A stretch of DNA of 64,000 bases, from contig NC_135673.1 of the NCBI RefSeq assembly GCF_964188315.1, positions 2,108,001 to 2,172,000 on the forward strand. Direction: 5' to 3'. Made by a program: the position numbers and the translations under genes. Below, one piece after another: positions 26,059-38,400 of the stretch (its first letter is position 1; each line of letters starts with the position of its first letter). The notes beneath the pieces were generated by a model that worked only from the letters and a program-made list of their open reading frames with translations, had not been told where the DNA came from and made no database searches. The DNA is from Podarcis muralis. Lineage: Eukaryota.

Positions 26059-26713
26059 TATATATGCACACTATATATGGCACCCTTTCCAAACCTGGTG
26101 GACTCCAGGTGATTTTGGACTGCAACCCCCACAGGTATCCTACCCAAGGAAGGTGGGAGTTATAGCCCAACAACACCGGGCAGGAAAAGCTTGAAGTTCT
26201 TTCTTGTTTAATTTTAAGATGCTAAATTAGGTTAGGTTACTTACAGCACTTCTGTATGGCTTGATTTTTTGTGTTCATTAATATTATAGTTGTCCCTAAT
26301 TGTTCTTAATGGGGTTTTTTGAGTTATAATTATTGTTCATTTGGTATGTTGTGAGCCACTTTGAGGTCCACTGTGGAAAAACTGCATACAAATAAACTGA
26401 TGATGAACTACAGGCTCCGCTCCAGAGATGGACCTAAAAAAATTTGACAACTCTTTGGACTCTCTGGTTGGTGTTTCAAACTAAAAGTATTTTCCAGGGC
26501 AGGCCACCTCAAAACAGTGATACAAGACTGCTGAAGACTGTCTGGGGCATAAATCAGGAGAAGGCAACGTTACATTACATTTATTTGTTTTTTATAACCT
26601 TCACTCAAGGCTATAAAACAGGATACAAGTATTATAAATAAATAGTAATTCTCTGGATACCAATTACTTCTCAGAAACTCTGGGTCACAGTTGAAGCTTT
26701 CAATAATCTAAGG

Positions 26714-26848
26714 CAGGGCTTCCCAAACTTCAGCCCCCAGACTTTTTGGACTACAGTTCCCATCATCCCTGACCGTTGGTCCTGCTAGCTAGTGATGGTG
26801 GGAGTTGTGGTCCAAAAACAGCTGGAAACCCAAATTTGGGAAACTGTG
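26714..26848. mobile_element. Short hairpin hAT-type MITE (GGACTACA...CCCATCA family); related copies at about 4310-4432, 11750-11830, 17695-17820, 25530-25640, 26085-26190, 44189-44327, 56218-56360
   Basis: Nested inverted repeats; 8-bp flanks ATCTAAGG / GTCTAAGG (7/8 match). Confidence 0.7.
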
Positions 26849-28646
26849 GTCTAAGGAATTAGTGATCATCAGGCTATGCTGAAAATTGTCAAAGCCTTCT
26901 TTTGTATGAACTTCAAAAAGCAATCAGTTTCAATGCATACCAACAGACATAGAGCTCCTGAGACACATCAGTGTATACACATTTGCTATCATACTTTACA
27001 AACAAGACCAAATATCCAACCTCCCTTTTATTCTTCTTTAGTTGCACAGTCTGTTTTTAGTTTTTTGCAATTTCTTGAACCATTGTGAAATGTCAAATAT
27101 TCTAGAATTTCCCTGTTCTTTTGTTAACCTTTGAAAACCACATTAAACACACCCTTTTTAAAAGATTTTGCAATGGGGGTGAGCAAGCAAGCAGGCAGGC
27201 AGGCATATAACAAGGCCAAAGTTGAGCACTTTTTATGTCCCCTTGATCTCACTGGGGACAGACTGGTCATTGTGCTTTACTCCTCCACTGAAAAAAATTG
27301 CAAGTCTAAAATGCTTGGGTTTGGCTGGATTGTGGTCCATGAGTTCTGCCTCTCCCTGCCATCACAACCAATTTCTTTCCAGTATTGTGCTGTAGCACTC
27401 TTAGTTATGCACACTGTATTGTGGGACCAAGAAGCTGGTGCTCAAGCTACACAAACACTCCCTGTCCTTTATCAAAGGAGTTACAGCCTGCAATCAGGTA
27501 ATTCTAAGCATAACATGCTCATCCAACTAAGCCAGCATAGCAAATACCTCAGGGGGTGGGGCAGTGGCAGGCAGATGGCTGTGGTGTCAACTGATTTTCA
27601 TTCCCCCTCCCTCCCCCACGCCTTTGCAGTGTGCGTCTTGTGTATGTGCACTGTTCTAATTCCGGTTCAGTTCCTCTCTTAAAACTTAAAACAAACACCA
27701 AATGCCAAATCAGATATATACAGGAATAAAAGACAACAAGTTTACTGTTTTTCACCACTCCCTCTTGTAAAAGTCAGAAAAACCTCGTTCTTTCCCCAAC
27801 CACACAATATTGTTGCCAAACCAGTACTAATCTTGTGCTGGCTAAGTTTATCCCCTCACACACACGTTGCATGGATAAAGCCTTTGTATTCCTAACACTT
27901 GTATTCCTAACACAGCCCAGGCACTTCTGGGGTGCACACACCCTTGCAGCTTCACTTCTCCCTGCTACAGCAATCAGATTGTCAACAGCCCAGCAACACA
28001 CACACACCCCTCTCCACCCCATCCTAGCTTTGTAAGCGAACACCCTACAGAAACTATAGAAGCAAGCATGAGTGCTTCGTCCCACAGACCTGGCTACCAT
28101 CGTGGTGTTGTTTCATTTGAAGCAGGTCAGCTCTAAAACACCTTCAGATAAATTTTATGGACTCCCATGTAGCTGAAAGGAGAAGGGCCAAGAAACCGAG
28201 AGGAGTGGGGCATGAAACCAGACTACACGGGCCAGTCTTTGTCAACCTGCTGCCCTCCAGATGTTTTGGGCTGTAACTCGCTTCAGTCCCAGCCAGCATG
28301 GCCACAATGACTGGGACTGATGGGAATTGCAATCCAAAACATGTGGAGGATGCCAGGTTGGCAAACAATACCATAGATGTTGACATCAAACCACCACAAA
28401 GGAAAACCATCTCAAGAACCTCCCTATTCTTCTGTCTTCACCTACAAGAGAAAAACATGGCACCCTACGCTTCAAAACTCCCTGCATACTGAGATAAAGC
28501 AGACATCTTCACTGTACTCTTTCTGGCACCTACTAAAAACATTCCTGTTTAGACAAGCCCATCCAGATGCCTAGAAAGTCGAGGTGATTTTAACTTGCTT
28601 TAGCATTTTAACTTTTATATGTTTTGAAGTGGGGTTCTTGATTTTA

Positions 28647-28888
28647 CAGTGGTACCTTGTTTCTCGAACTTAATCCATTCCAGGAGTCCGTTCGACTCAC
28701 AAAACCATTCAAAAACCAAGGCACGGCTTCTGATTGGCTGCAGGAGCGTCCTGCACTCAAGCGGAAGCTGCATCAGACATTCGGCTTCCGAAAAACGTCT
28801 GCCAACCAGAACACTTACTTCTGGGTTTGCGGCATTCGGGAGCCAATTTGTTCGGCAACTAAGCCACTCGAGAAGCAAGGTACGAGTG
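28647..28888. mobile_element. Tc1/mariner-type MITE
   Basis: TA-CAGTGGTACCTTG ... CAAGGTACGAGTG-TA. Confidence 0.75.
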
Positions 28889-31331
28889 TACTGTTTTATC
28901 TTTTGTAAACCACTTTGAAGCTTTTAAAGCAGTGTGTAAATTTTATTACATAAATAAATACAAAATCCAAGATAAATATTTTTTCAACCAGCTTTTCCTA
29001 AGGATTTGGCAAAGCTCTGCAATCCTCCTCCATTTGGGACAACACTAGGTCAGCAGCTCAAATCTTCTAACTTCCATGGTTCCCCTCAATCAAGGTACAG
29101 AATGAGGAGCTGAGCTGAGAAGATCCATGAGTTAAGAGCTCAAGCTATCAACTCACCATTACATGAGTAGTCAGTACCAGCCTACATCTCAGGGCTTTTA
29201 TGACACATACAGAGATGTTACTGTACAGTCATACCTCATGTTGCGTCCGCTCCAGGTTACGTCTTTTCAAGTTGTGTCCCACTGCAATCCGGATGTACCA
29301 GAATGGTTACTTCCGGATTTTGCTGCTCGTGCATGTGCAGAAGCACTAAATCGCGCTTTGCACATGTGCAGAAGCACTAAATCGCCCTTTGTGCAGACGT
29401 GGCACTTCTGGATACGAATGCTTCGAATTGCAGATGTGCCAACAGGACAGATTATGTCCGCAACTCGAGGTTCCACTGTACTGAAAGAGGCCCCCAATTA
29501 AAACCTCAGCTGCAGCATCACTGGCTACCTTTATGAACGCTACTTTTCTCTCAGTCTTTCCCACAATACACATACTTACACTGCAGAGCTACTCAAACCA
29601 GCATAACTTACAGGGCTGTTCTGTGGACTATTAACCCAAAACATGTGAAGGCTCATACCATGGACACCAAAATATTGCCTGAGACAAAGAAACGCAGCTA
29701 CAGAAATTTTACTGCACTTGTCTCAGGTACTTTTTAGTGGAATCACAACACAAACAGCCACTATATTGTTATCACTGCTAATAATACTGTGTCATGATTA
29801 TTATTTTCAATATCATCAATAACAACAAAAACAACTACCCAGTTTATTCAGTAAATTTAACTTTCACTTTTCTTCCGTGGAGCTCAAGGCAGCAAGCGGG
29901 GGCCTACTCCCCTCCGCCTGCCTTTATGCTCACAACAATCCTGTGAAGTAGGTCAGGCTGAGAAAGAGAACGACTGGCCCAAGGTTGCCCACTGTGTTTT
30001 ATGACTGAAAGGGGATTTGAACTTGGGCCTCACCACTTCTCATGCAATACTCTCCATCACACTGGAGTCTTTAGGAATGGTGAGACAGCACAGAGGATAT
30101 GCAACACCAAAGCAACACCAGGTGTTGGCAAGAGCAACAGCAGCACCCCAACACAATTGCAAATAATTTATTTTTATTTAACATCATTTGTATACCAAAT
30201 TATGAGGCCCTTCTTTGTGTGCCTGCTCCAAGAGAGCATTATCATGACAACAGCAGTAGCTTTTATGTCAGGAATGCAGAACCTGGTGTCCTCCACAAAT
30301 TGCTGTACACCAACTCCCATCAGCCCCACCCAGCAATGTGGTCAAGAATGATAGGAGTTACCAGCACAGGATTTAGGTGCGGGTGGTTCCGCTGCATAGG
30401 AAGGTGAGCCGAGGGGGTGCAAAATAATAATATGAATGTCTACATTTATACAGGTGTCTACTGAGAAGATCCATAAAAAAGCCACTGTACAAAGAGGAAT
30501 TATTGTTAAAATAAGTAATATAAGGAAGATTTTGTTACACTCCAGAAGCAGGAATCCACATAGGGGTTGCAGCCAAGCAAGAAAGGATTGCAGAACCTGA
30601 AAGCATTTAGTTTGGAGAAAATATGACCAAGGGGTGACATGACAATCGTTTGTAAGTGTTATGCATGGGCCAAATTTATCAACCCAAACCCTGCTATTGT
30701 CACCTGTGCCTCCCCTGTGAGAGGTCCGGAGGGTGGTGGCAACACCAGAATGGTCCTTTTCTGTGGTGGCTCCCCGTTTATGGGATGCTCTCTTCAGGGA
30801 GGACTGCCTGGCAGCATCATTATACACCTTTAGGTGCGGGGGGGGTGGCAAACCTTCTTCAACCAGGCCTTGAGCTTACTGACATCCTATATCCTTGGAA
30901 AGGGGTTTGTTGGAATTGGGGCGGGGGGGTGTGTGTGTTACTGGTCTGTTTTGTTCTTGTCATTCCGCATTTTGTGCTTTAACCTTTCATTTTCATGCTG
31001 TGAACCGCCCTGGGATTAACGGATGTGGGACGGTACGTACATGTCATAGCTACCCATAATAATAAATAATGGCGAGCCGGCCCCCAGCCCCACCCACCCC
31101 TCGATCCCTGAGACCAGGGAGGGCTAAGCGCCCGGCCAACCGCTGTTTCCACACAAGGAGCGCCGACCCTCCCGGGGTTGCAGCGCCCGAGGGCGAGGGC
31201 GGCGGCTGCTTCTCCCTCCCTCCCTGCCGCCGCCCCCCCGGCCGGCCCAGCCCCGGATCCTCTCAGGGGCGGCCAGCGCCCTCCCGCCCCACAGCCCCGC
31301 TCCGGTACGGGCTGGGCGGCGCCCGGCTTAC

Positions 31332-31440
31332 CCTCTCGAAGGCCTCCGTCTGCCTCCTCGGGCAGCGGGAAGAGGAGGAGCAGGAGCAGCAGCAGCAGCG
31401 CAGCCGCCGCCGCCGCCACCGCCGGGCCTCAGTCGGGCCG
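31332..31440 (-). other. RABGAP1: Probable non-coding first exon of RABGAP1 (5' end approximate)
   Basis: GGC/CTG-repeat-rich segment in the CpG island ending at donor GAGG|GTAAGC (GT at 31331-31330), oriented toward the ATG exon at 17360. Confidence 0.7.
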
Positions 31441-31639
31441 CCTCGCAACCTCGATCCCGCCCCCCGCCTCCGCCTCCTTCCCCGCCTTCCGCCCTCACGT
31501 GACCGGGGCTCGGCCGGAAGACGGGCGCCCGGCCACTTCCGGCTCCCAGCGCTTCCGGTCCCGCCCCCCCGCGCCCCGTCCTCTTCCTTAGCAACCCGTC
31601 TATCCCTCTCCTCTCTGGAAAGAAAGAAGCGGCGCCGGA

Positions 31640-31793
31640 AGTGGGGCTGCGGGGGGGTGTTGCGGGGATTCAAGCTTCCGGTGGCGGAGGAGGAGGAGGT
31701 GGCGGAGGAGCTCCGCTGGCCGCGCGGTCCTTCCCGCGCCCCTCGGGCCAGCCCCGTGGCTGCGCCGCCTGGGGGAGGCGGAGAGGAGGTGGG
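31640..31793 (+). other. ZBTB26: Probable non-coding exon 1 of ZBTB26 (5' end approximate)
   Basis: Donor G|GTGAGG at 31794; matching acceptor cctttcAG at 33671-33672, 10 nt before the ATG. An alternative donor GAG|GTGGGG lies at 31789. Confidence 0.55.
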
Positions 31794-32569
31794 GTGAGGC
31801 TGGGGGTCTGTGGGGGGCCGGCGATCCTCCCCGCTTGCCGTTGACTGGTGGAACTCGCGGCCACTAGACCCGGCGGAGGTTGTCCCACCTCAGGAGCGCT
31901 CCGATTGCGGGTGGGAGGGGGGGCGTTACGAGGCGGAGCCCAGCTGACCATCGCCCTCCGCATTCATGACAGCGGTCCGCCGCCGCCGCCGCCGTTTTTC
32001 TGCTCCATAAATGCAGCTGGAGGTTGAGAGGCGTGGTTTGGCTAAAAGGAGGGAGTGGGGACGTGGGGGTGGCGGAGTGGGACTTGAGGGTGGTGGTTGT
32101 TTTGACAGCGCGCTTAATGATGGACGGGAGAGCTGCTCTTGTGCTGATGCTGATGCTGCAGCAGCGCTGCTTCTGGTCTTCCTATAACAGGCATCTGGTT
32201 GGTGGCCGTGAGGACAGAGGCTGGGCTAGATAACCTCCTCACACACACACTGGGCCCGATTCACCTGCGGGGCTATTCTTCACCCCAACTTGGGTGGCTT
32301 TAAAAGGGGACTGGGCGGATTCACAGAGGAGATAATGCTGTCAACCACAAAGGCTATGTTCTGCGTCATGGTCTGAGACAGTAAACGCTCCTGAATGCCA
32401 GGTGCTGGAACCATAGGAGGGAAGACTGCAGCCCTTGTGCTCGGGTTCTGCTTGCGGGTTTCCCTTTTTCTGCATTTGGGGTTGACTACTGTGAGGACAG
32501 GTCACTGGACTGAGTTGGCCACTAGCCTGATCCTGCAGGCTCTTCCTATGCTCGTGTTTTGCCCCTGGG

Positions 32570-32840
32570 CAGTGATGGCCACTAATTTGGATGGCTTTTA
32601 AAGAGAATTAGCTGAATTCATGGAGGAGATAAGCTACTGTCAATGGCTGCTGAGCAGGATAGCTATGTTCCACCTCCTTGATTGGAGGCAATAATGCTTC
32701 TGAATACTAGCTGCTGGAAACCATGGGAGGGGAGAGTGTTCTTGTGCTCATGTTCTGGTATCTGGTCGGCCACTGTGAGAACAGGTTGCTGGATTAGATG
32801 GACCACTGACCTTATCCAGCAGGCTCTTCTTATGTTTGTG
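32570..32840 (+). mobile_element. CR1-type 3' end (GATGGCTTTAAAAGAG...GCTGGA[C/T]TAGATGG...CAGGCTCTTCTTATGTT); related at about 13750-13880 (-), 32340-32560, 38970-39190 (-), 40075-40330 (-), 43250-43410 (-)
   Basis: Repeated shared 3' sequence; its start resembles the CR1 ORF2 end (LDGFKR.L..FME). Confidence 0.6.
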
Positions 32841-33682
32841 AGTGAGGTACTGTAGTGATCCTCTCTTCTCAGTGTTGAATTTGAAAGAGCCAAAGTACAG
32901 TCACGTGAGGAGCTGGTGACCTTCAAGAAGGCGTCTGTGTATTTTTCAGGGGAGGAGTGGGTTCAGCTGGTACCTTCTGTGTGCAAAGCAGGTACTCTAT
33001 CTCTGAGTTGTGGCCTCAGCACCATCCCACACCAGCTGTGTCATCTAGGGTCATTTAGTCCAGCCCCCTGCAGTGCAATAATCACAGCTAAGGAATACCT
33101 GACAAGTGGCTGTCCAGCCTCCCTTTCAAAACCTCCAGTGAAGAGGTTGATGCCTTTGCCTTTTTCGGTGCTTAATGTCATTGGTAGGTTGAGATGAGAT
33201 GGTGCATCTCTGCTGCTTTGACTGCTCAGAAACACCTCCCCACCCCCCACAGTTATTATGTTTATTTTCCATTTTGTTTCTTTGTAAGGCTGGAGTCCTG
33301 TGCACGCTTATCCGAGGGTAAGCTCCACTGAACTTAGTAAGACTTATTCCTGAGTAAATGCATTCGCGGTTGCACTGCAAATAACCTAATTTCTAAGGTT
33401 CTTTCCAACAGCAAATGTGATTTCCACAGTCCAGTCACTTCTTTTAGCAATATTGGGTTTGGGACAAGCAGGGAAACTGAGAAAACAGTAATTATTGTGA
33501 TGATGTGATCATTACAAGAGCTACAGGGGAAGAAAGTGGCAGGCCTCTGATTATGGTCGTAGATCGCCACTGTGTTTCTGATGTCTGAATCTTTTTTGGT
33601 TTAAAGCTAGTACAGTCTTGAAACTATTTCTTTCTGTGGCATTCACAGTATTCATCCACTTGCCCCTTTCAGGTTTGTCAAC

Positions 33683-35026
33683 ATGACCAAGAGAACTGAT
33701 AGCCTCCACTTCCAGTTCGACAACTATGGGGACTCCATGCTGCAAAAAATGGACAAGCTGAGGGAAGAGAAGAAGTTTTGTGATGTCACGGTCCACATAG
33801 ACAACCTTGAGGTTCACGGCCACAAGATAGTCTTTGCTGCTGGCTCCCCTTTCCTAAGGGATCAGTTCCTGCTGAATGACTCCAAGGAAGTGAAAATCTC
33901 CATCCTCCAGAGTTCGGAGGTTGGGAGGCAGCTGCTTCTGTCCTGCTACACTGGTGTCCTGGAGTTTCCCGAGATGGAGTTGGTGAACTACCTGACGGCG
34001 GCTAGTTTTCTTCAGATGAGCCACATTGTGGAGCGCTGCACACAGGCCCTGTGGAAATTCATCCGGCCAAAACATCAGCTTGAAAACAAGGAGGAGGGGA
34101 AGCAGCCGCAGCAGACTGACTCTTCAGAGCCAAACGAGTGCCCAAGGATGGGGAGTAAGGAGGAGGAGGAGGAAGATGACTCCTTGCTTCCAGACTCTCC
34201 ATGCATCCAACCCTCTGAAGACAGCCTGGACATGGACGATAGCGACATCCAAATTGTGAAGGTGGAGTCCATTGGGGAGGTTGCAGAGGTCAGAAGCAAG
34301 AAGGACCAGAGCCAGTTTATTTCCTCAGAGCAGCAGAACAGCCTCCACTCATCAGAGCCTCAGCACTCCCTCATCAATTCCACGGTGGAGAACCGAGCTG
34401 GTGACCTGGAGCAAGGCCAACTCCACAACTACACCCTCTCGTACATGGGGGGAGACAGCCTCATCATGGCTTCCAAAGACATGTTTGGCACAAGCAACCG
34501 GGGGGTGGACAAAGGCCTTCAGTGGCACCACCAGTGCCCCAAGTGCACACGTGTTTTCCGGCATCTGGAGAACTACGCCAACCACTTGAAGATGCACAAG
34601 CTTTTCATGTGCCTGCTGTGCGGCAAGACCTTCACACAGAAGGGCAACTTGCATCGGCACATGCGGGTGCATGCGGGCATCAAGCCCTTCCAGTGCAAGA
34701 TCTGTGGGAAGACCTTCTCGCAGAAGTGCTCCTTACAGGACCATCTCAACCTGCACAGTGGGGACAAGCCCCACAAATGCAACTACTGTGACATGGTTTT
34801 TGCCCACAAGCCCGTCCTTAGGAAGCACCTCAAGCAGCTCCATGGCAAGAACAGCTTTGACAACGCCAATGAGAGGAACGTCCAGGACATTGCCGTGGAT
34901 TTTGACTCCTTCAGCTGCAGCTCAGGCACAGACTCAAAAGGCTGCCAGCAGGCCGAGGCCAGTCAGGTGCTGGACACCGGGAAACTGGCACAGGCAGTGC
35001 TCAGTTTGCGGAGTGAAAGTGCCTGA
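33683..35026 (+). CDS. ZBTB26: Zinc finger and BTB domain protein 26 (447 aa; BTB plus four C2H2 fingers)
   Basis: N-terminal BTB (LHFQFDNYGDSMLQKMDKLREEKKFCDVTV...GHKIVFAAGSPFLRDQFLL) and fingers CPKC, CLLC, CKIC, CNYC match recalled ZBTB26; single coding exon; syntenic with RABGAP1. Confidence 0.96.
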   Translation: MTKRTDSLHFQFDNYGDSMLQKMDKLREEKKFCDVTVHIDNLEVHGHKIVFAAGSPFLRDQFLLNDSKEVKISILQSSEVGRQLLLSCYTGVLEFPEMELVNYLTAASFLQMSHIVERCTQALWKFIRPKHQLENKEEGKQPQQTDSSEPNECPRMGSKEEEEEDDSLLPDSPCIQPSEDSLDMDDSDIQIVKVESIGEVAEVRSKKDQSQFISSEQQNSLHSSEPQHSLINSTVENRAGDLEQGQLHNYTLSYMGGDSLIMASKDMFGTSNRGVDKGLQWHHQCPKCTRVFRHLENYANHLKMHKLFMCLLCGKTFTQKGNLHRHMRVHAGIKPFQCKICGKTFSQKCSLQDHLNLHSGDKPHKCNYCDMVFAHKPVLRKHLKQLHGKNSFDNANERNVQDIAVDFDSFSCSSGTDSKGCQQAEASQVLDTGKLAQAVLSLRSESA

Positions 35027-35451
35027 GCGAGTTGAAATGGGTGATGGAGCACCTCTCTATGAGCATTGGGGCAGGAAGAGCCGTGAAGAGCTGCTTCAGT
35101 CTTTGGACTTGGGTATCAGCCTAAGACAGGAGTGCCTGGCGTGCTCTGGTCCATGGGGTCACGAAGATTAGGACACGACTAAACGACTAAGCAACAACAA
35201 CATCAGCCCAAGAGGCTCTGCTGGATGAGCTGTGGGGGCTGAACTGAAAATTGTAGCAAGTCTTCTGCCCTAGAGTGGTTTGATGTGTTTGGTGACTCCA
35301 AGTGTCTTTGTCCCTAGTGTGGAAAGAACAGAGGCCTAAGCCTGCCTCCTTTGATATTTAGGTAAGGCAGCGCTGGATGGCCCCCTTTTTTTGAAGGGTA
35401 GTTGAATTGTACCTCCAAGAAGCAGTTACCAGTTTGTGGGCTGAAAGAGTA

Positions 35452-35457
35452 AATAAA
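35452..35457 (+). terminator. Candidate proximal polyadenylation signal of ZBTB26 (another AATAAA at 37714-37719)
   Basis: AATAAA hexamers downstream of the ZBTB26 stop; usage not demonstrable from sequence alone. Confidence 0.35.
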
Positions 35458-38400
35458 GACATACCCTGTGATAGATATGTTTTTCAACGGGGGGGGGGGA
35501 TTTTGAGTTCTTATGGGGAGAAAGCACTGGATAATTATAAGCTCTTAATATTTGTTAGTCCATCTGTGATTTTTTAAAACTGTATTGTTTAACATTGGAT
35601 ACTTCTTGCCTTCTGTTCTTCTTGCCCTCTAGCTGACCATTTTCACCCCTAAACTTGTTTGACTGTTGTGAGTGAAGTCGCTTTCCTGGTTTAAAATGGG
35701 TGAAGGCTGCTGCTACAGAATATGGCAATCGCCTCTGTGCCTCTGCCCAGGCTGAGTTCCTGTCCCCAACAACCCAACCCACCCTTTGTGGAAAGTATGT
35801 GCTTAGACTAGAAAGGCTAAACTTGCATGCCCCAGTTGTCTTTGTTTTCTTCTGGGCCTTTCTCTCATGTTGTTCCTCTCATCGGAAGTGGCATCCGTTT
35901 TTCTGTCCAGCAGCCTGCCAGGCTCCCCCCTCTTCTGCTTTGTGTGGCTTCCAGGCTTGCTCCTGGAGCCTCCCTCTGCCACACCTGACTATTCCTGTCC
36001 TCACCTGCAGTGTCTCTTTGTTTCCTTTACCTCCTCAGTCCTTGACCTCACCCTCGAGCCCTTCCTTCCATGACACTGACTGCAAGCTCTTGGGCCTGGG
36101 CCAGTATCTCACCCTGCATTGTGGATGCTGCTTGGAATCCTGTAGGCACTTGTGAGATAATTCAGATGTCCTGTTACAGGTGGCGAGGTGGGTGGAGTTG
36201 GCATAACTGGCCCCCTACCACACCTCCAAGACATCAGAGCTCTTAAAGGCGCAGGAACCCAAGGTGGTTAGCAGATTGTTACCTCCCGAGCTTGGGATTA
36301 CACCTGTGAGGAGGGAAGAATGCTTGAGCAGTCAAATAATGGTTAAATATTTATTTATTGTGAGTTATAGCATCAGTGTCACCCTGCAGTCATGCCTGTA
36401 TGGCAGGATAGGAGTCTCTTTCAGGCCGACCCTGGGCTGCCTGTCCCTCTGCACCATTCTCTTTGCAGACTACTCTGGCCTGAGAGCAGGAAGCAGGAAA
36501 TGGAACAGGGATTCTCTTGAAGGAGTCTCTCTCACTGCTGTTGTGAGGCTGAACTGTAAGGGAGGGTGATACGTGCTGCCATGACTTGGAAGGAATAGCA
36601 TTCAATTTTGCATAAAGCTGAGGGGGCTGTGCCCCAGGCGCGCAGTTTGGGTTGCACAAACCAGCCCCCTCCCCACATAGATCCCCATTGCAGCCTGCTG
36701 GTGGCGGGAGCTGCATACCAGGGAGGGTGAAGATGACCTTCCCCATGCTTCGTGCAGCACACAAGCACTCTCCCATCCACTGCTGGAGGCCCCAACCGGT
36801 GGGCCAGTGCTTCTGCACCTCCTGCCCCCACTTTGCGCTCAAGCGCTCTCCCAGCGGGGGCAGGAGGCGCGGAGGGTGAAGAGCACCCTCCACGCCTCGC
36901 CTGGACTGCATGCGCTGTTCCTCGCCTGGGGCCTCTGCTGGCATCTGCCCACAGGAGCCACATCCACTCATTCTTGGTCCCATGAGAAGTAAAAAGAGAA
37001 GCAGGAGAGTGCCACAAGCTGAGACCCCCTCCCGCCCCCCCCCACCTTTTTTGATTTCAAGCAAGCCAGGAGCTGTAGCCATAGTTCGTTCTTAGTTTAT
37101 TGATCGCAGTTTGTCAGGCGTATCCACCCTAGAGTTTAGCTCTGGCCGGATGCAGCAGAGCAGGAAGATGGTGGAACCTTTGAGGCGGTTTTTGCTGTGA
37201 GTACTCACCCATTCATACACTTAGCCATAGTTTTCTTCAGCTTTACATGCAAACCAGGGTCTTTGTCTCACTTCCTCATCTCTCCTGCTTCCCCTGTTGT
37301 GAGACTGAATTTGGGGAAGGGGTGACTCCCATTTCAACTAGCAGTTGGATCCTCCTTAAAGTGTCCAGCACAAGGGCAGCGTGTCTGTAGCCCTCCAAAT
37401 GTTCCTGGGCTACAGCTCCCCTCATCCGTGATCTTTGGCAATGTTGACTGGGGCTTATGGGAGTTCCACTGTGGGGTGGGAGGCTCATGATGAAATGTGG
37501 GTGGAGCCACAACCATCACGAACCCCGCCCCTTTTCTCCATGTCAGCAAGTGCGAGTGGGTTGGGCCCCTTGTGAATTTGCATAGGGTAAAAGCTTTGCA
37601 AATACCCCTCCTGGAGAGAACATAGGCTGCTTTTGATCTGTGAATGTGCTCTTGTACGCAGGACCAAAAGACCACTCAACGTTGTGTGTGCCAAGTCATC
37701 ACAGTGGCTTCGAAATAAAACAACTGCACCACCTCCTAATGTGAAATGTGATCCGTGATCGTTGTCAGCTGCTTTGCAAGGTTGGGAGGGGGGGAGTTTC
37801 CAAGCAGAATGTTATTCATTACAAGAGAGCGGGGGGGGGGGGGCGGTGTTACTAAATCAGCAGTGGGGAACCTCTGGCCCATGGGCCAGGTTAGCCCAGC
37901 AGGGCTCCTAAGTTGACCCGTGAGGCTGTTCTACCTCAACTCACAAACTACAGCCCCACAGCTGATGACATAGGTGACATGAGACGTGGGGCAGAAAAAT
38001 ACGTTGCTGCAAAGTAACTACCAGGATCCTGGTTGCTCCTTTGCAAGTTAAGCCGCTAAACGAATGACCTTTGAGGTTGCCTGCTTGAATCTCATCTTGG
38101 CCACAAACACACCAAGTGACCCTTATTTGTTTAATCAGTACATTTGCAGATTGCTTGTTATTCACCAGTATCAGCGCTTTCCTTACAGTAAGGAAAATCG
38201 AAATACATAAATTACACTAATCACAAGCTTAGGTGACTAAGATTACTCCAAATGCAAACATACAGAATATGCATACTATCTGCATCTATATAACTTAGAG
38301 ATGAAGGGGGTAAACACTGGGCAGCCAGCCTGATGCAAGTTAACATAAAACGCACTCTTACCGCAACCGCTGACAATACCACTCCTGCCATTCACACAAA

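Larger units (their letters stand above)
31060..32050. promoter_or_regulatory. CpG island / bidirectional promoter shared by RABGAP1 (-) and ZBTB26 (+)
   Basis: Very GC/CpG-rich. Five ETS cores (CCGGAAG 31514-31520, ACTTCCGG 31535-31542, CTTCCGG 31552-31558, CCGGAAGT 31635-31642, CTTCCGG 31675-31681), E-box TCACGTGA 31495-31502, GC boxes, and outward-facing splice donors on both strands. Confidence 0.85.

Noticed and set aside
27131-27682. 183-aa plus-strand ORF antisense in RABGAP1 intron 1
   Set aside because: Non-ATG start, no recognisable motif; consistent with chance.
30979-31419. Minus-strand ORF resembling a signal peptide (MAAAAAALLLLLLLLLFP...)
   Set aside because: It starts at GTG, not ATG; the hydrophobic run comes from GGC/CTG repeats in the RABGAP1 leader, and the frame runs through the splice donor.
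31069-31963. Several long Pro/Arg/Gly-rich ORFs on both strands (also 54098-55268)
   Set aside because: Expected stop-codon depletion in GC-rich CpG islands; no recognisable domain.
35036-35400. SECIS element for the ZBTB26 UGA
   Set aside because: The AUGA...AA...GA candidates inspected by eye (about 35063 and 35225) lack a well-paired helix.
36390-37082. 230-aa minus-strand ORF and overlapping ORFs
   Set aside because: GC-rich low-complexity sequence, no domain similarity, no splice or promoter support.
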